IMG/VR virus record: IMGVR_UViG_3300036795_000143
Span: 15,279 to 79,278 of that record
Direction: 5' to 3' (one strand)
Origin: a virus
Length of the DNA stretch: 64,000 bases
In this document: positions 30,174-38,578 of the stretch, one piece after another
Numbering within the stretch: position 1 is the stretch's first letter
Layout of the letters: each line of letters begins with the position of its first letter
Translations under genes and position numbers: made by a program
Notes under the pieces: generated by a model
Databases searched by the model: none
Told to the model about the DNA's origin: nothing
Seen by the model: the letters and a program-made list of their open reading frames with translations, nothing else

Positions 30174-30377
30174 TCAACCCAACCGCCGAGGCCGGCGGGA
30201 CGCAGACGACGCCGGGGCAGCTGGAGCAGCACCACCATCATCAGCATCGCCATCAGGCCCGTCATCGTCGTTGTCGACCAAGCCAGTGCCGTTGCACGTC
30301 TGGCACACCCCGAACCCCAAGCGACCCGAGCCCTTACACGTCGGGCACTTCTTCTTCCGGCGCAACCGCATACCCAC
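30174..30377 (-). CDS. DnaJ-type zinc-finger mini-protein
   Basis: CPTCKGSG...CQTCNGTG (CxxCxGxG twice). Confidence 0.55.
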   Translation of the reverse strand: MGMRLRRKKKCPTCKGSGRLGFGVCQTCNGTGLVDNDDDGPDGDADDGGAAPAAPASSASRRPRRLG

Positions 30378-30532
30378 CAGCCCTTCCAGGTCGAAGCCGC
30401 ACCACCACCATAAAAAACAATCACAAAGCTAACCAAACTCCATCAATAACCATCACAACCCAGCATTGCTAACCGCTAACCACCAAAAACAACACACGTT
30501 CATACAGCAAGTCGAACGCGTTAGTTTCCGGC

Positions 30533-31489
30533 GTGGCCAGACGCCCCGACGAATCATGGACCCCGTGTTCCATCTGCGGGAAGCTCCTCGAACCGTATCC
30601 CGACAGTCCCGCCGTACGAACCTGCCAACCATGCCGCTCAGCACGCTCAAAACTCGTACCACGAGGACGCCTCAAAACACTCATACCACCACGACCATGC
30701 GAAGAATGCGGCACCGAATACCAGCCGCAACGCGCAAACCAGCGATGCTGCGACGACACCTGCACCAAAGCCGGGATCGCGCGCCGGGCCGCAACCACCA
30801 CGACACGCCCCCCGAAAACCTGCGAATACTGCGGCACGGCCTACAGCCCACACATGCGAACCCAACGCTTCTGCAGCAACCAATGCTCGGCAACTAGCCG
30901 GCTCGCGGGAACACCTAAACATCACCGAATCTGTGTGGTGTGCGACGCACCATTCATCGGACGAGCTGCCCCCCTACCCGTCACATGCAGCCGCGCCTGC
31001 GGATACAAATACCAATCCCGGTATCAAAAAGTCTGCGATCTATGCGGAACCGAGTACACCGGCTCAAGCAAACAAAAATACTGCTCAAGGGGCTGCACCG
31101 CCCTAGCGAGCCGCTCACCCGAGAGAAGCAACACGGCCAGCTACAAACGCCGCGCTTCGCTAGCGCAAGTCGCAACAGAGTTCATCGACTTCGAATACGT
31201 ATGCCGTCGCGACAAATGGATATGCCAACTCTGCAACACACCCGTCGAACAAGGACTGAACCGCCGTGACCCCTACGGCGCCAGCCTGGACCACATCCTC
31301 CCAATCGTCAGAGGAGGCCCGCACATTTACGCCAACGTCCAGCTAGCGCATTTACGCTGCAACATGAAAAAGAACGACAGCGTCATCAACGACTCGTTCG
31401 CTGATACCTTCCTCGACGCCCTCGCAGCCGCCCACACACGCCAACAACCCGAACAAACACCAACCCAACTCACCAGCGCAAACGCCTAA
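30533..31489 (+). CDS. HNH endonuclease with multiple N-terminal zinc-ribbon repeats
   Basis: Four to five CxxC...(F/Y)CS..C units, then RDKWICQLC...SLDHILP...GG.H...NVQLAHLRCN.KK. Confidence 0.85.
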   Translation: MARRPDESWTPCSICGKLLEPYPDSPAVRTCQPCRSARSKLVPRGRLKTLIPPRPCEECGTEYQPQRANQRCCDDTCTKAGIARRAATTTTRPPKTCEYCGTAYSPHMRTQRFCSNQCSATSRLAGTPKHHRICVVCDAPFIGRAAPLPVTCSRACGYKYQSRYQKVCDLCGTEYTGSSKQKYCSRGCTALASRSPERSNTASYKRRASLAQVATEFIDFEYVCRRDKWICQLCNTPVEQGLNRRDPYGASLDHILPIVRGGPHIYANVQLAHLRCNMKKNDSVINDSFADTFLDALAAAHTRQQPEQTPTQLTSANA

Positions 31490-31499
31490 CCCGGCTGCT

Positions 31500-31900
31500 C
31501 GCTTTTTTTCTCAGAGAGGGAAATGCACCGGCGAGAAGCTCGCCGATGTTTTTTTTGTGCTAAAAATCACGAATGTCTTTTGTGTCCGTTGTGACTGTGT
31601 GTGTTGATCAAATGACTGTGTGTGTTGTTGCTGTGTGTGTTGTTGATGTTACTTTGGGTTGGTAATTTAGCGTGACTGATCCACTACTGACAATTACCAC
31701 CATTTGGCCTAATCATTTGCGTGAGTGTGTGTGGCTGTGTGTGATTGTTGATGTTCGTTTGCTGTGGCTGTGTGTGTGCGTGTGATTACTGTGTGTTGGT
31801 AATTGTCTGTGACTATTCCATTACTGCATGTGTTGTTACTGTGCGTGTGGTGGGCAATTAGATCATCTTATGTTCACTCGTATGCGAGCGTATTGCCAGG
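31500..31900. other. Non-coding TG-rich low-complexity tract at a strand-skew switch; candidate packaging/genome-end region
   Basis: Repeated ctgtgtgtg units, inverted repeat GACAATTACCA (31689) / TGGTAATTGTC (31797), hairpin GGCGAG-AAG-CTCGCC plus T-run, no ORF. Confidence 0.5.
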
Positions 31901-31979
31901 TCACAAGCCTGTATGCGTGGAATGTTTGGGGTACTGTGGGTACTAGTTATCCGATCAACTAGCCCACACGGAGATCATC

Positions 31980-32150
31980 ATGGCCACCAAGACCCGTACC
32001 CGCGTTACCTACCAGCGTATGCCGAGTGGTGCTTACCTACGCGAGGTTGCTCACCTTATCTGGCTGGGCGTGATTGTTGGCTTCTGTGCCTTCCCCACTC
32101 TGTGTGGCGTGGTCTTCCTGCTGTGGAGCTACCTCACCACTGCGCACTGA
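31980..32150 (+). CDS. Small membrane protein (56 aa), first gene of the plus-strand block
   Basis: SD GGAG; MATKTRTRVTYQRMPSGAYLREVAHLIWLGVIVGFCAFPTLCGVVFLLWSYLTTAH. Confidence 0.6.
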   Translation: MATKTRTRVTYQRMPSGAYLREVAHLIWLGVIVGFCAFPTLCGVVFLLWSYLTTAH

Positions 32151-32155
32151 ACCTA

Positions 32156-32201
32156 GGTCCCGTACCGCGCGACGCCGTTGGATCAAATCCAGCCGGGACT
32201 A
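32156..32201 (+). ncRNA. tRNA-like mini-element (acceptor stem plus T arm only)
   Basis: GGTCCCG/CGGGACT 7-bp stem, TA at positions 8-9, GTTGG-ATCAAAT-CCAGC T-arm mimic; no D or anticodon arm. Confidence 0.45.
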
Positions 32202-32235
32202 CTTCACTCGATCTCGATCTAGCTAAGGAAAGGTC

Positions 32236-32553
32236 ATGTCCGACTATCCGATTGGTTACATCTATTGCGCGGACAAATACTGTCCGTCGTGCATCGTCGA
32301 GGTGGCGAACCTGTACGCGTCCGTAGGTGGCCTCGATCCAGCCGATACGGAAACGCGGCTGGATTTCTGTGCGTCGCAGCTCGGTCTTGACCGCAGCGGG
32401 CCGTTTGATTCTGGCGACTTCCCTGCCCCGTTCGTTGGCACGCCGCATGACGGGTGCAGCCTGGCTAACGGGTATGAGCCGGGGCAGTGTGGCGACCAGT
32501 GCGCAACGTGTCATATCCACCTCGGTCACCCGTGCCCGAACGCGTGGCCGTAG
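32236..32553 (+). CDS. Cys-rich hypothetical protein
   Basis: SD AAGGAAAGG; GYIYCADKYCPSC...DSGDFP...C..C. Confidence 0.65.
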   Translation: MSDYPIGYIYCADKYCPSCIVEVANLYASVGGLDPADTETRLDFCASQLGLDRSGPFDSGDFPAPFVGTPHDGCSLANGYEPGQCGDQCATCHIHLGHPCPNAWP

Positions 32554-32942
32554 ATGTTGACTTCGAAGCGTTGGGTAAGGCTATCCAGGCGTTGGACTTC
32601 GACACGGTTTTCACGATCCAGGGTAGCGACGTCGTCCGCGTAGATCACATCTACGCACCGTCCGTGACGCACGATCCGGATGCGGATATTTGGATCGATG
32701 GCGCGGAGTGGGAGTGCTTGACGGGGATGACTGGCCAGTACGGCTATCACGGCGCGGTTATGCACGCGTCGGAAGTCATCGGCAGCGGTATCGCGGAGCT
32801 GCTTACCGAGTACGACCCTGGCACCTTATTTGCAATTGTAATCGTGGATGTGCTGTCTGATGATTGCGAGGATCACGAAGATCACGGTGATGGCAATTGT
32901 GAGCCCGCCGGATGGGCGATTGCGTACCGCGACTCTGTTTGA
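32544..32942 (+). CDS. Hypothetical acidic protein
   Basis: GMTGQYGYHGAVMHASE.IG...EPAGWAIA. Confidence 0.65.
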   Translation: MAVDVDFEALGKAIQALDFDTVFTIQGSDVVRVDHIYAPSVTHDPDADIWIDGAEWECLTGMTGQYGYHGAVMHASEVIGSGIAELLTEYDPGTLFAIVIVDVLSDDCEDHEDHGDGNCEPAGWAIAYRDSV

Positions 32943-33002
32943 TCTTGCGCCGAACGGTCATGTGTGTTTGTGAAAAATTATCAGCGTGGGAAGGGGGTTG
33001 TG

Positions 33003-33944
33003 ATGGGCGACTACAGTCCGGCAGGGTGGATCGATTTTGTGGGTCAGCCCGACGCGGTCGGGATGATCCGACGATTGCTCAAAGCTGCCGCTCGACGCGG
33101 CGATCAGGCTGGTCACGTGTTGATTAAGGGTCCGGGTGGTCTCGGGAAATCGGAGCTACTCCACCTGATCGCTAAGTCGATTGGTGGCACGTTGCACGAT
33201 CACGATGCAACAGCGTTCGAGACGGTAGGTGATCTGATCGATGCTCTGGACGTGTTGCAGTCAGGCGACGTGTTCGGCATTGATGAGGTTCACGGGCTGA
33301 AAGGTAAGAAGCTGCTTTGCCTGTACCGGGCACTGGCTAAGGGTGAGATTAGCGCGGGTAGTCAGGTGATCAAATTGCCACCGTTTACGTGTGTCGCTGC
33401 GACCACCAACCCTGAGCTACTGACTCCGTCGTTTCGTACGCGTTTCGCGATAGAACCTAGCGTGACGTTCTACTCGGTCCCAGAGCTAGCGGACGTGGTG
33501 ACCCGCGCTGGGAAGCTTTCGATGCTCCTGGACGTCGAGCCCGACGCCGCACGGATCATCGCTGAACGGTCCCGTGGCATCCCGCGTACGGCACTGCGAC
33601 TGTTAGACCGTGTCCGCGATGCTGTGCCCGTAGGTGAGCAGGTAGCCACCACGGTGCACGTGTTGGACGCGATGAACACGGAAGGCATCGATGATCTAGG
33701 GCTAACGCGGTTGGATCGTCAGGTACTTACTGCGGTCGCAGTGAAATGGGCTCACCGTCCGGTAGGGCTAGCTCCGATCCTGCGATACATCCCGGATCCG
33801 GACGCGCGTACCTCCGTGGCGTTCCTAGAGCGGTATGACCTGATCGAGGCCACGGACGTAGGCCGTGAGGTGACCCTGGCTGGCTTACAGCACTTGTACG
33901 GGCCGGATGCGCGGCTACCGTTGACACGGCGCAGGAGGAGGTGA
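33003..33944 (+). CDS. ruvB: RuvB-like Holliday junction branch-migration ATPase (divergent)
   Basis: DFVGQ, HVLIKGPGGLGKS, IDEVH, LPPFT.VAATT, RTRF, SRGIPR.A.RLL.RVRD, IDDLGL...D, PVGL. Confidence 0.85.
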   Translation: MGDYSPAGWIDFVGQPDAVGMIRRLLKAAARRGDQAGHVLIKGPGGLGKSELLHLIAKSIGGTLHDHDATAFETVGDLIDALDVLQSGDVFGIDEVHGLKGKKLLCLYRALAKGEISAGSQVIKLPPFTCVAATTNPELLTPSFRTRFAIEPSVTFYSVPELADVVTRAGKLSMLLDVEPDAARIIAERSRGIPRTALRLLDRVRDAVPVGEQVATTVHVLDAMNTEGIDDLGLTRLDRQVLTAVAVKWAHRPVGLAPILRYIPDPDARTSVAFLERYDLIEATDVGREVTLAGLQHLYGPDARLPLTRRRRR

Positions 33945-33948
33945 CCGG

Positions 33949-34116
33949 GTGGCCACGGTGCGACGGTGCGAGGTTTGCGGGAAGCCGTTACCGGTGAGGT
34001 CGCGGGCGGATGCCCGGTACTGTCCGCCGGTACCGGGTAGTAAGTCGAGGATTTCTCCGTGTCGTGATCGTGCTGCGTATCTGCGAAAGCTAGGCAAGTC
34101 ATCCCGCGAGGTCTAA
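33949..34116 (+). CDS. Small CGNR-like zinc-finger protein
   Basis: SD AGGAGG; MATVRRCEVCGKPLPVRSRADARYC...CRDRAAYLRK. Below the ORF-track length cut-off. Confidence 0.6.
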   Translation: MATVRRCEVCGKPLPVRSRADARYCPPVPGSKSRISPCRDRAAYLRKLGKSSREV

Positions 34117-34137
34117 TCGAATAACTTTGTGCGACTA

Positions 34138-34168
34138 GCCGTCACCGTTTGTTGGTGGCGGTTTTTTG
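34138..34168 (+). terminator. Rho-independent terminator
   Basis: GCCGTCACC-gtttgtt-GGTGGCGGT followed by a T-run. Confidence 0.75.
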
Positions 34169-34246
34169 TTGTGTCCGTTTCACCCCTTATGGCTAGGCCA
34201 AACGGGTCGATCTGTGACATCTACCTGGATAAACAGCTAGAACGGC

Positions 34247-34274
34247 TTGCATCCGTGACATCTGCGAGTAGTGT
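34247..34274 (+). promoter_or_regulatory. Putative housekeeping-sigma promoter with flanking GTGACATCT direct repeats
   Basis: TTGCAT-16 nt-TAGTGT; GTGACATCT at about 34214 and 34255. Confidence 0.45.
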
Positions 34275-34284
34275 TTGTCTTGCA

Positions 34285-34850
34285 GGCGAAAAACAAAAAA
34301 ACAATCGGAGAACCTGATCTTGACGGTGAGGGATCTTCTGATTCTGATCTTACTCAACTACATAAGCCACCTAGGCGGTACGAAGCCTAGGGACGTCCAG
34401 GCAGCTAACCCGCGAGGGAACCACCTAGGACGCCGCCCTGATGATCGCAACTGGGCAAAACCGATTCTTCCGGATCGGGTGTCTCGAACTTGACCCCGTT
34501 CTAGGTGGCCCTGGCAGTAGATCATTTACTGAGGTGCGGGGTTACGGAGGTGATCCGTTTGTCGGACCCTTCCCAGCTAATGGAGGCGACCGCGTGAGCG
34601 GCCTAATTGCCCTCTATGCCACCAGACACCCTATCCGGGTATTTCCTTAGGTAAACCGAGTGCGGTAAGCCGCGCCGTGGCTGCGATGTTTGGATGATCT
34701 TACCCACATTGCCCCGGTGCGCGGCCTCGGTTCACCACATCGCAGATGTTGCCAGACCGACTAGGTCCGCTGGTGAGCCGTAATGGCGCCGCAGGTGGCA
34801 ATCCCGGGCTATGCCCGTGCGAGCGGTTCGATTCCGTCGTTTGCGGCCAC
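34285..34850 (+). ncRNA. Candidate large structured non-coding RNA of about 570 nt
   Basis: No credible CDS. 14/15-bp long-range helix 34470-34484 with 34624-34638; 9-bp helices 34366/34501, 34491/34536 and 34681/34737; GNRA-capped hairpins; T-loop-like 3' end. Confidence 0.6.
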
Positions 34851-34881
34851 TCGAAACAAACAAATCCAGGAGGTTCGACCC

Positions 34882-35118
34882 ATGCCTAATACTGTTATTG
34901 CTGAACATATAGTGCCGGGAACTGACGTAACGATTACCGTTTCGCGTAAGCAAAGTGCAATAGACGGTAAGGTTTATTACCTGACAACGCGGGTTCCTGG
35001 CACTAGTGATTTTGTCAACTACTTGCAGTGTGGTCGGCATACTGAAAGCGTCGCACGTGAGCAAGCCAATTTTCTGTGGGATGACACGGTTAAGCGCCGT
35101 GATGCTGCCCGGTTCTAA
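34882..35118 (+). CDS. Hypothetical protein
   Basis: SD AGGAGG. Confidence 0.65.
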   Translation: MPNTVIAEHIVPGTDVTITVSRKQSAIDGKVYYLTTRVPGTSDFVNYLQCGRHTESVAREQANFLWDDTVKRRDAARF

Positions 35119-35138
35119 CAACCGTTTAGGAGCCCACC

Positions 35139-35324
35139 GTGTGCGAGATCAAACGGAATGCCGCTGTCACCGGTACGTATTGCCTAGCGTGCGACATTGT
35201 GCACGTGGCATATGGCGCGACGTTAGCGGAATGGTCGGCAGTGTGTAGGGACGCGGAACGCATTAAGCGCGTCGCGGTACTCGATCTAGTTCTCGCTGCC
35301 GCTGCCGCTGCGTTAACGCGCTAG
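35139..35324 (+). CDS. Hypothetical protein
   Basis: SD AGGAG; stop TAG is the start of hairpin repeat 1. Confidence 0.55.
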   Translation: MCEIKRNAAVTGTYCLACDIVHVAYGATLAEWSAVCRDAERIKRVAVLDLVLAAAAAALTR

Positions 35325-35409
35325 CGCGTTTCCTGACTGTCCAGCTCGCACGGCTGGACAGTTTGGGATGCCCGCTAGGGCAGAGTCACGAATCTGAGGA
35401 TGGCGCGTC

Positions 35410-35613
35410 ATGCGTTCGACTATCACTCTCGAATCCCCTACTACTGTCACCCTGACTCATTCGGCCAGCTGTGCGGCTGCGCTTATCGCGTCCGATGCGC
35501 TGCGGTTGGCATTGCGGACCGAAACGAACCACACGGTTATACGGCAGATGAATACCACGCTGGCCGCCGTGTCCGCTCTGCGCAACGTGACCCATAAGCA
35601 CTGCCAGCACTAG
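35410..35613 (+). CDS. Hypothetical protein
   Basis: SD GAGG after repeat 1; the alternative frame 35400..35597 cannot be excluded. Confidence 0.4.
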   Translation: MRSTITLESPTTVTLTHSASCAAALIASDALRLALRTETNHTVIRQMNTTLAAVSALRNVTHKHCQH

Positions 35614-35793
35614 CCCACGTTTCGCCCACCGCAACGCGCCGCACGATTAAGGGTTAACCATGTTCACAGTGTTTCGGATCTTTGTTTACGCGGTGAGGAC
35701 GTACCCGGAAGTGCGCGCGCTGGTACTCGTTATCGGTTCGTGCCTTCTGGTTTGCTGCCTTATCTCCTGGTATCGCATGGTGGTGCCACTCCG

Positions 35794-36045
35794 ATGATTG
35801 ATACCGCAATCGATCGTGAGGCCAGTCCGGCGCAGAATACCCGCTGGCTTCGACGGATGACTACTGCCCCGGCTATCAAGGGTCACAAGCTACAGCGCGG
35901 AACCGCTACCGCGTGGTGTGAGTGTGGATATTACTGCGGCACGACTACGTCACACGTAGTGCAGCACGGTGGCGCAGATCATATCGAGCCACCTGACGAC
36001 GTTAATACGCGCCACGATTTGCACCGCGTCATTATCGGCCGCTAG
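35794..36045 (+). CDS. Cys/His-containing hypothetical protein
   Basis: ATGA-coupled to a 45-aa membrane ORF (35660..35797); stop TAG begins repeat 2. Confidence 0.55.
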   Translation: MIDTAIDREASPAQNTRWLRRMTTAPAIKGHKLQRGTATAWCECGYYCGTTTSHVVQHGGADHIEPPDDVNTRHDLHRVIIGR

Positions 36046-36137
36046 CGCGTTTCCTGGCCGTCCAGTCGCTGGACGGTTTGGGATGCCCGCTAGGGCATCA
36101 ATCGCCCACCGCATTACCGAATATAGGAGAATTTGTC

Positions 36138-37190
36138 ATGTCGAAGCAGACTATCGAATGGTTGAACACAAACGTGCTGGTCGGAATGACCGACGCACGC
36201 GGCAACGCGTGGCACTACCGGCAGAGCGCACAAGGTACGGAGTCGAATCACTACGCGGGTGCTATTCCGATCGAAGACGTCCGGCGTCGGTTGTTCTCCT
36301 GGGATGCGGTACCAGCGCGCGTGGCCGTCGAGGTCGCCGCGACAATGGAGAATGCAACCCACCTATCCGATGACGGGGTGCCGCTGCGGTGGGCAGTCCA
36401 GGAGGATCGCAAGGCAATCACCGCGTCCGACGACGGCACCGTGTTTGAAATGTTCAAATCCGGCTACACATCGCACCAATACAGCGAATGGCTACTGTCG
36501 AACGTGGGAACCATCCTCGATGGTGATCTCGGCATTAGTTCGGCTGGATTGCTCAGCAATCGTGGCGTGGCGTGGGTCGAGGTGGGAGTGCCGGAAACGA
36601 TTAAGGGTCCGGCCGGTGTCGATTTCCGCCCCAATTTGGTGGCGTGCACGTCGCACGATGGCACGCTATCGACGACGTACAAACGAACCGTTACCGCGAC
36701 AGTGTGCGATAACACGCTAGCCGCTGCCCTAGGTGAGAAAGGGCAGACGGTGAAAGTCAAGCATTCGAAGTATTCCGGGCTGCGGATCACCGATGCGCGG
36801 GTAGCGCTGGCCATGGTCACCGAAACAGCGGACGCGTTCGCCGATCAGGTCCGACGTTTGACTGATTGGAAAGTCGGACCGTTACAGCTGAAGACGGTCA
36901 TTAACGCGTTGGTGCCCGTGCCTGATGAGACGGGTAGGGCTAAGACAATCGCAGAGAAGAAGCAAGGCGAGATTCTGGCGCTTCTGGCTAATGATCTGCG
37001 TGTCCAGCCGTGGGCTGGTACCGCGTTCGGTGTTGTCCAGGCGTTCAACACTTGGACCCATCACATTAAGGGCACCCGTGGCAACGATGGCGGAGGCCGG
37101 GCAGAGCGAAACATGCTTTCCGCTCTGGACGGCAGCACCGATAAGTCAGACGCCATGGTCCTTAGCGTGCTGGCCGCCACGAACGTCTAG
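36138..37190 (+). CDS. DUF932-family phage/plasmid protein
   Basis: NAWHY, SAGLL..G..AW, TSHDGT, TVCDNTL, KH(S/T), GTAFG..QAFNT..HH. Confidence 0.85.
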   Translation: MSKQTIEWLNTNVLVGMTDARGNAWHYRQSAQGTESNHYAGAIPIEDVRRRLFSWDAVPARVAVEVAATMENATHLSDDGVPLRWAVQEDRKAITASDDGTVFEMFKSGYTSHQYSEWLLSNVGTILDGDLGISSAGLLSNRGVAWVEVGVPETIKGPAGVDFRPNLVACTSHDGTLSTTYKRTVTATVCDNTLAAALGEKGQTVKVKHSKYSGLRITDARVALAMVTETADAFADQVRRLTDWKVGPLQLKTVINALVPVPDETGRAKTIAEKKQGEILALLANDLRVQPWAGTAFGVVQAFNTWTHHIKGTRGNDGGGRAERNMLSALDGSTDKSDAMVLSVLAATNV

Positions 37191-37296
37191 GCCGTGTCGC
37201 ATCACCTAGCGCGTTTCCTGCCGTCCAGCTCACCGCTGGGCGGCTGGGATGCCCGCTAGGGCACAGACCACCAAATCCAGCGGGAAGGACAGAATC

Positions 37297-37812
37297 ATGC
37301 CAGAAACCACCGTTAACGTAGACACCGAGATCACCCGTGACGATATCCGCGCCATGCGTATGGCCGATTCCGTCCACTTCCATACTTATCAAGGGCGTTC
37401 GTGGATCGTTGCCGAACTGCGGAATTACGGCCTAGGCCGTATCTACACTGCGACCGAGCAACGGTTATTCTCCGAGGTCCGTAAGTACGGCGCCGATCGT
37501 TGCCGTGAGATCGCGGTAGCTACTCAACGGCTAGAGGACTACTCCGGCCGTACTGGCGAGTATCAAGCGTTTGCCTCATTCTGCCCTAAGGAAGTGTGGC
37601 TGACTATCGTGGCAGCATTACGGCCGGGCGATATTCTCGGTTTCCATTGGGTCAGGTCGAACAATTCCGAGAGTATGCGGACGATTGGTTACCATCACGA
37701 TCAGCTACGGCTGATTGCCAGCACTCCAGAGCACAAGAATAACCGTCACTGGATTGTCCAAGACCAGTTTGGTCCGGATAATTCCGCGCGGATGGTGCTA
37801 CGGAATGTTTAG
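37297..37812 (+). CDS. Hypothetical protein
   Basis: SD GAAGGA; C-terminal GPDNSARMV. Confidence 0.7.
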   Translation: MPETTVNVDTEITRDDIRAMRMADSVHFHTYQGRSWIVAELRNYGLGRIYTATEQRLFSEVRKYGADRCREIAVATQRLEDYSGRTGEYQAFASFCPKEVWLTIVAALRPGDILGFHWVRSNNSESMRTIGYHHDQLRLIASTPEHKNNRHWIVQDQFGPDNSARMVLRNV

Positions 37813-37899
37813 CTCGCCTGGATATGTTCCGCGCTGCTCACTTCGGGGGTGAGCGGTCGCGGTGGATAGTCCAGTCTCCAGCCGAAAGGATCCACTGCA

Positions 37900-38511
37900 A
37901 TGAGTAGCGACGTTGTCGAAGTCGACATGAACACCCTCACCATTCCGCGTGTGACCGTGCTTACCGGTCACACTTCCCCCGATACCGCGTACCTAGTAGA
38001 AGATTACCCCTATGGGCGCCGTTTGCGTTGCAAGATCCGCTATTGGATTGAGACAGCGGCTAAGGGCACGGCGAGGGGTCAACAGCGTTTCATGGCGCAG
38101 ACCACTAACCCTAGGTCGCCTGAGCCGCACGACGTGTGGAATAGGCCGAAGGCCAGCACGTATTCGCAGATTATGGTTATGTACTTGGACGATATCGACC
38201 ACGTGCATGCCTGGCACATTCCGTTGTGGATTGAGGGTACGTTCGACGCTCGCACTCGCGCGATGGGTATTTATGCCGGTTTGTCAAGTTACCAGCGGCA
38301 GCTATATGACGATATGCTCGCATTCTCTCACAAGCATAACTCGATTAGGTGGGAGGATTACCACGATCGGGTGTCGACGCTAGCCGAATGGATCGCCACT
38401 ATTGGAATGGCGCCGACGCTGCGGAACAACGTCTGGTCAAACGGCAATCGCCAGTTCTACCTCAGCGATCCCGCTGCGTACGTAACCGCAGCACGCGCGG
38501 CAATCGCCTAA
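37900..38511 (+). CDS. Hypothetical phage protein
   Basis: HTSPDTAYLVEDYPYG..LRCKIRYWIET...QTTNP...WN.PKASTY. Confidence 0.75.
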   Translation: MSSDVVEVDMNTLTIPRVTVLTGHTSPDTAYLVEDYPYGRRLRCKIRYWIETAAKGTARGQQRFMAQTTNPRSPEPHDVWNRPKASTYSQIMVMYLDDIDHVHAWHIPLWIEGTFDARTRAMGIYAGLSSYQRQLYDDMLAFSHKHNSIRWEDYHDRVSTLAEWIATIGMAPTLRNNVWSNGNRQFYLSDPAAYVTAARAAIA

Positions 38512-38578
38512 GGCGAATGGTGCGGGATGCCCGCTAGGGCAACATCCGGAAATTCCGACGTGATGGAAGTGAGTAGCC

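Noticed and set aside
34438-34470. Hammerhead ribozyme (CTGATGA core)
   Set aside because: No properly placed stem II-GAAA and cleavage triplet follows.
34285-34850. tmRNA or a complete group II intron
   Set aside because: No GGGG 5' end with G3.U70 and no tag ORF for tmRNA. The GAGCCG/CGGTTC pair encloses a much longer insert than domain V, and no GUGYG start or RT ORF was found.
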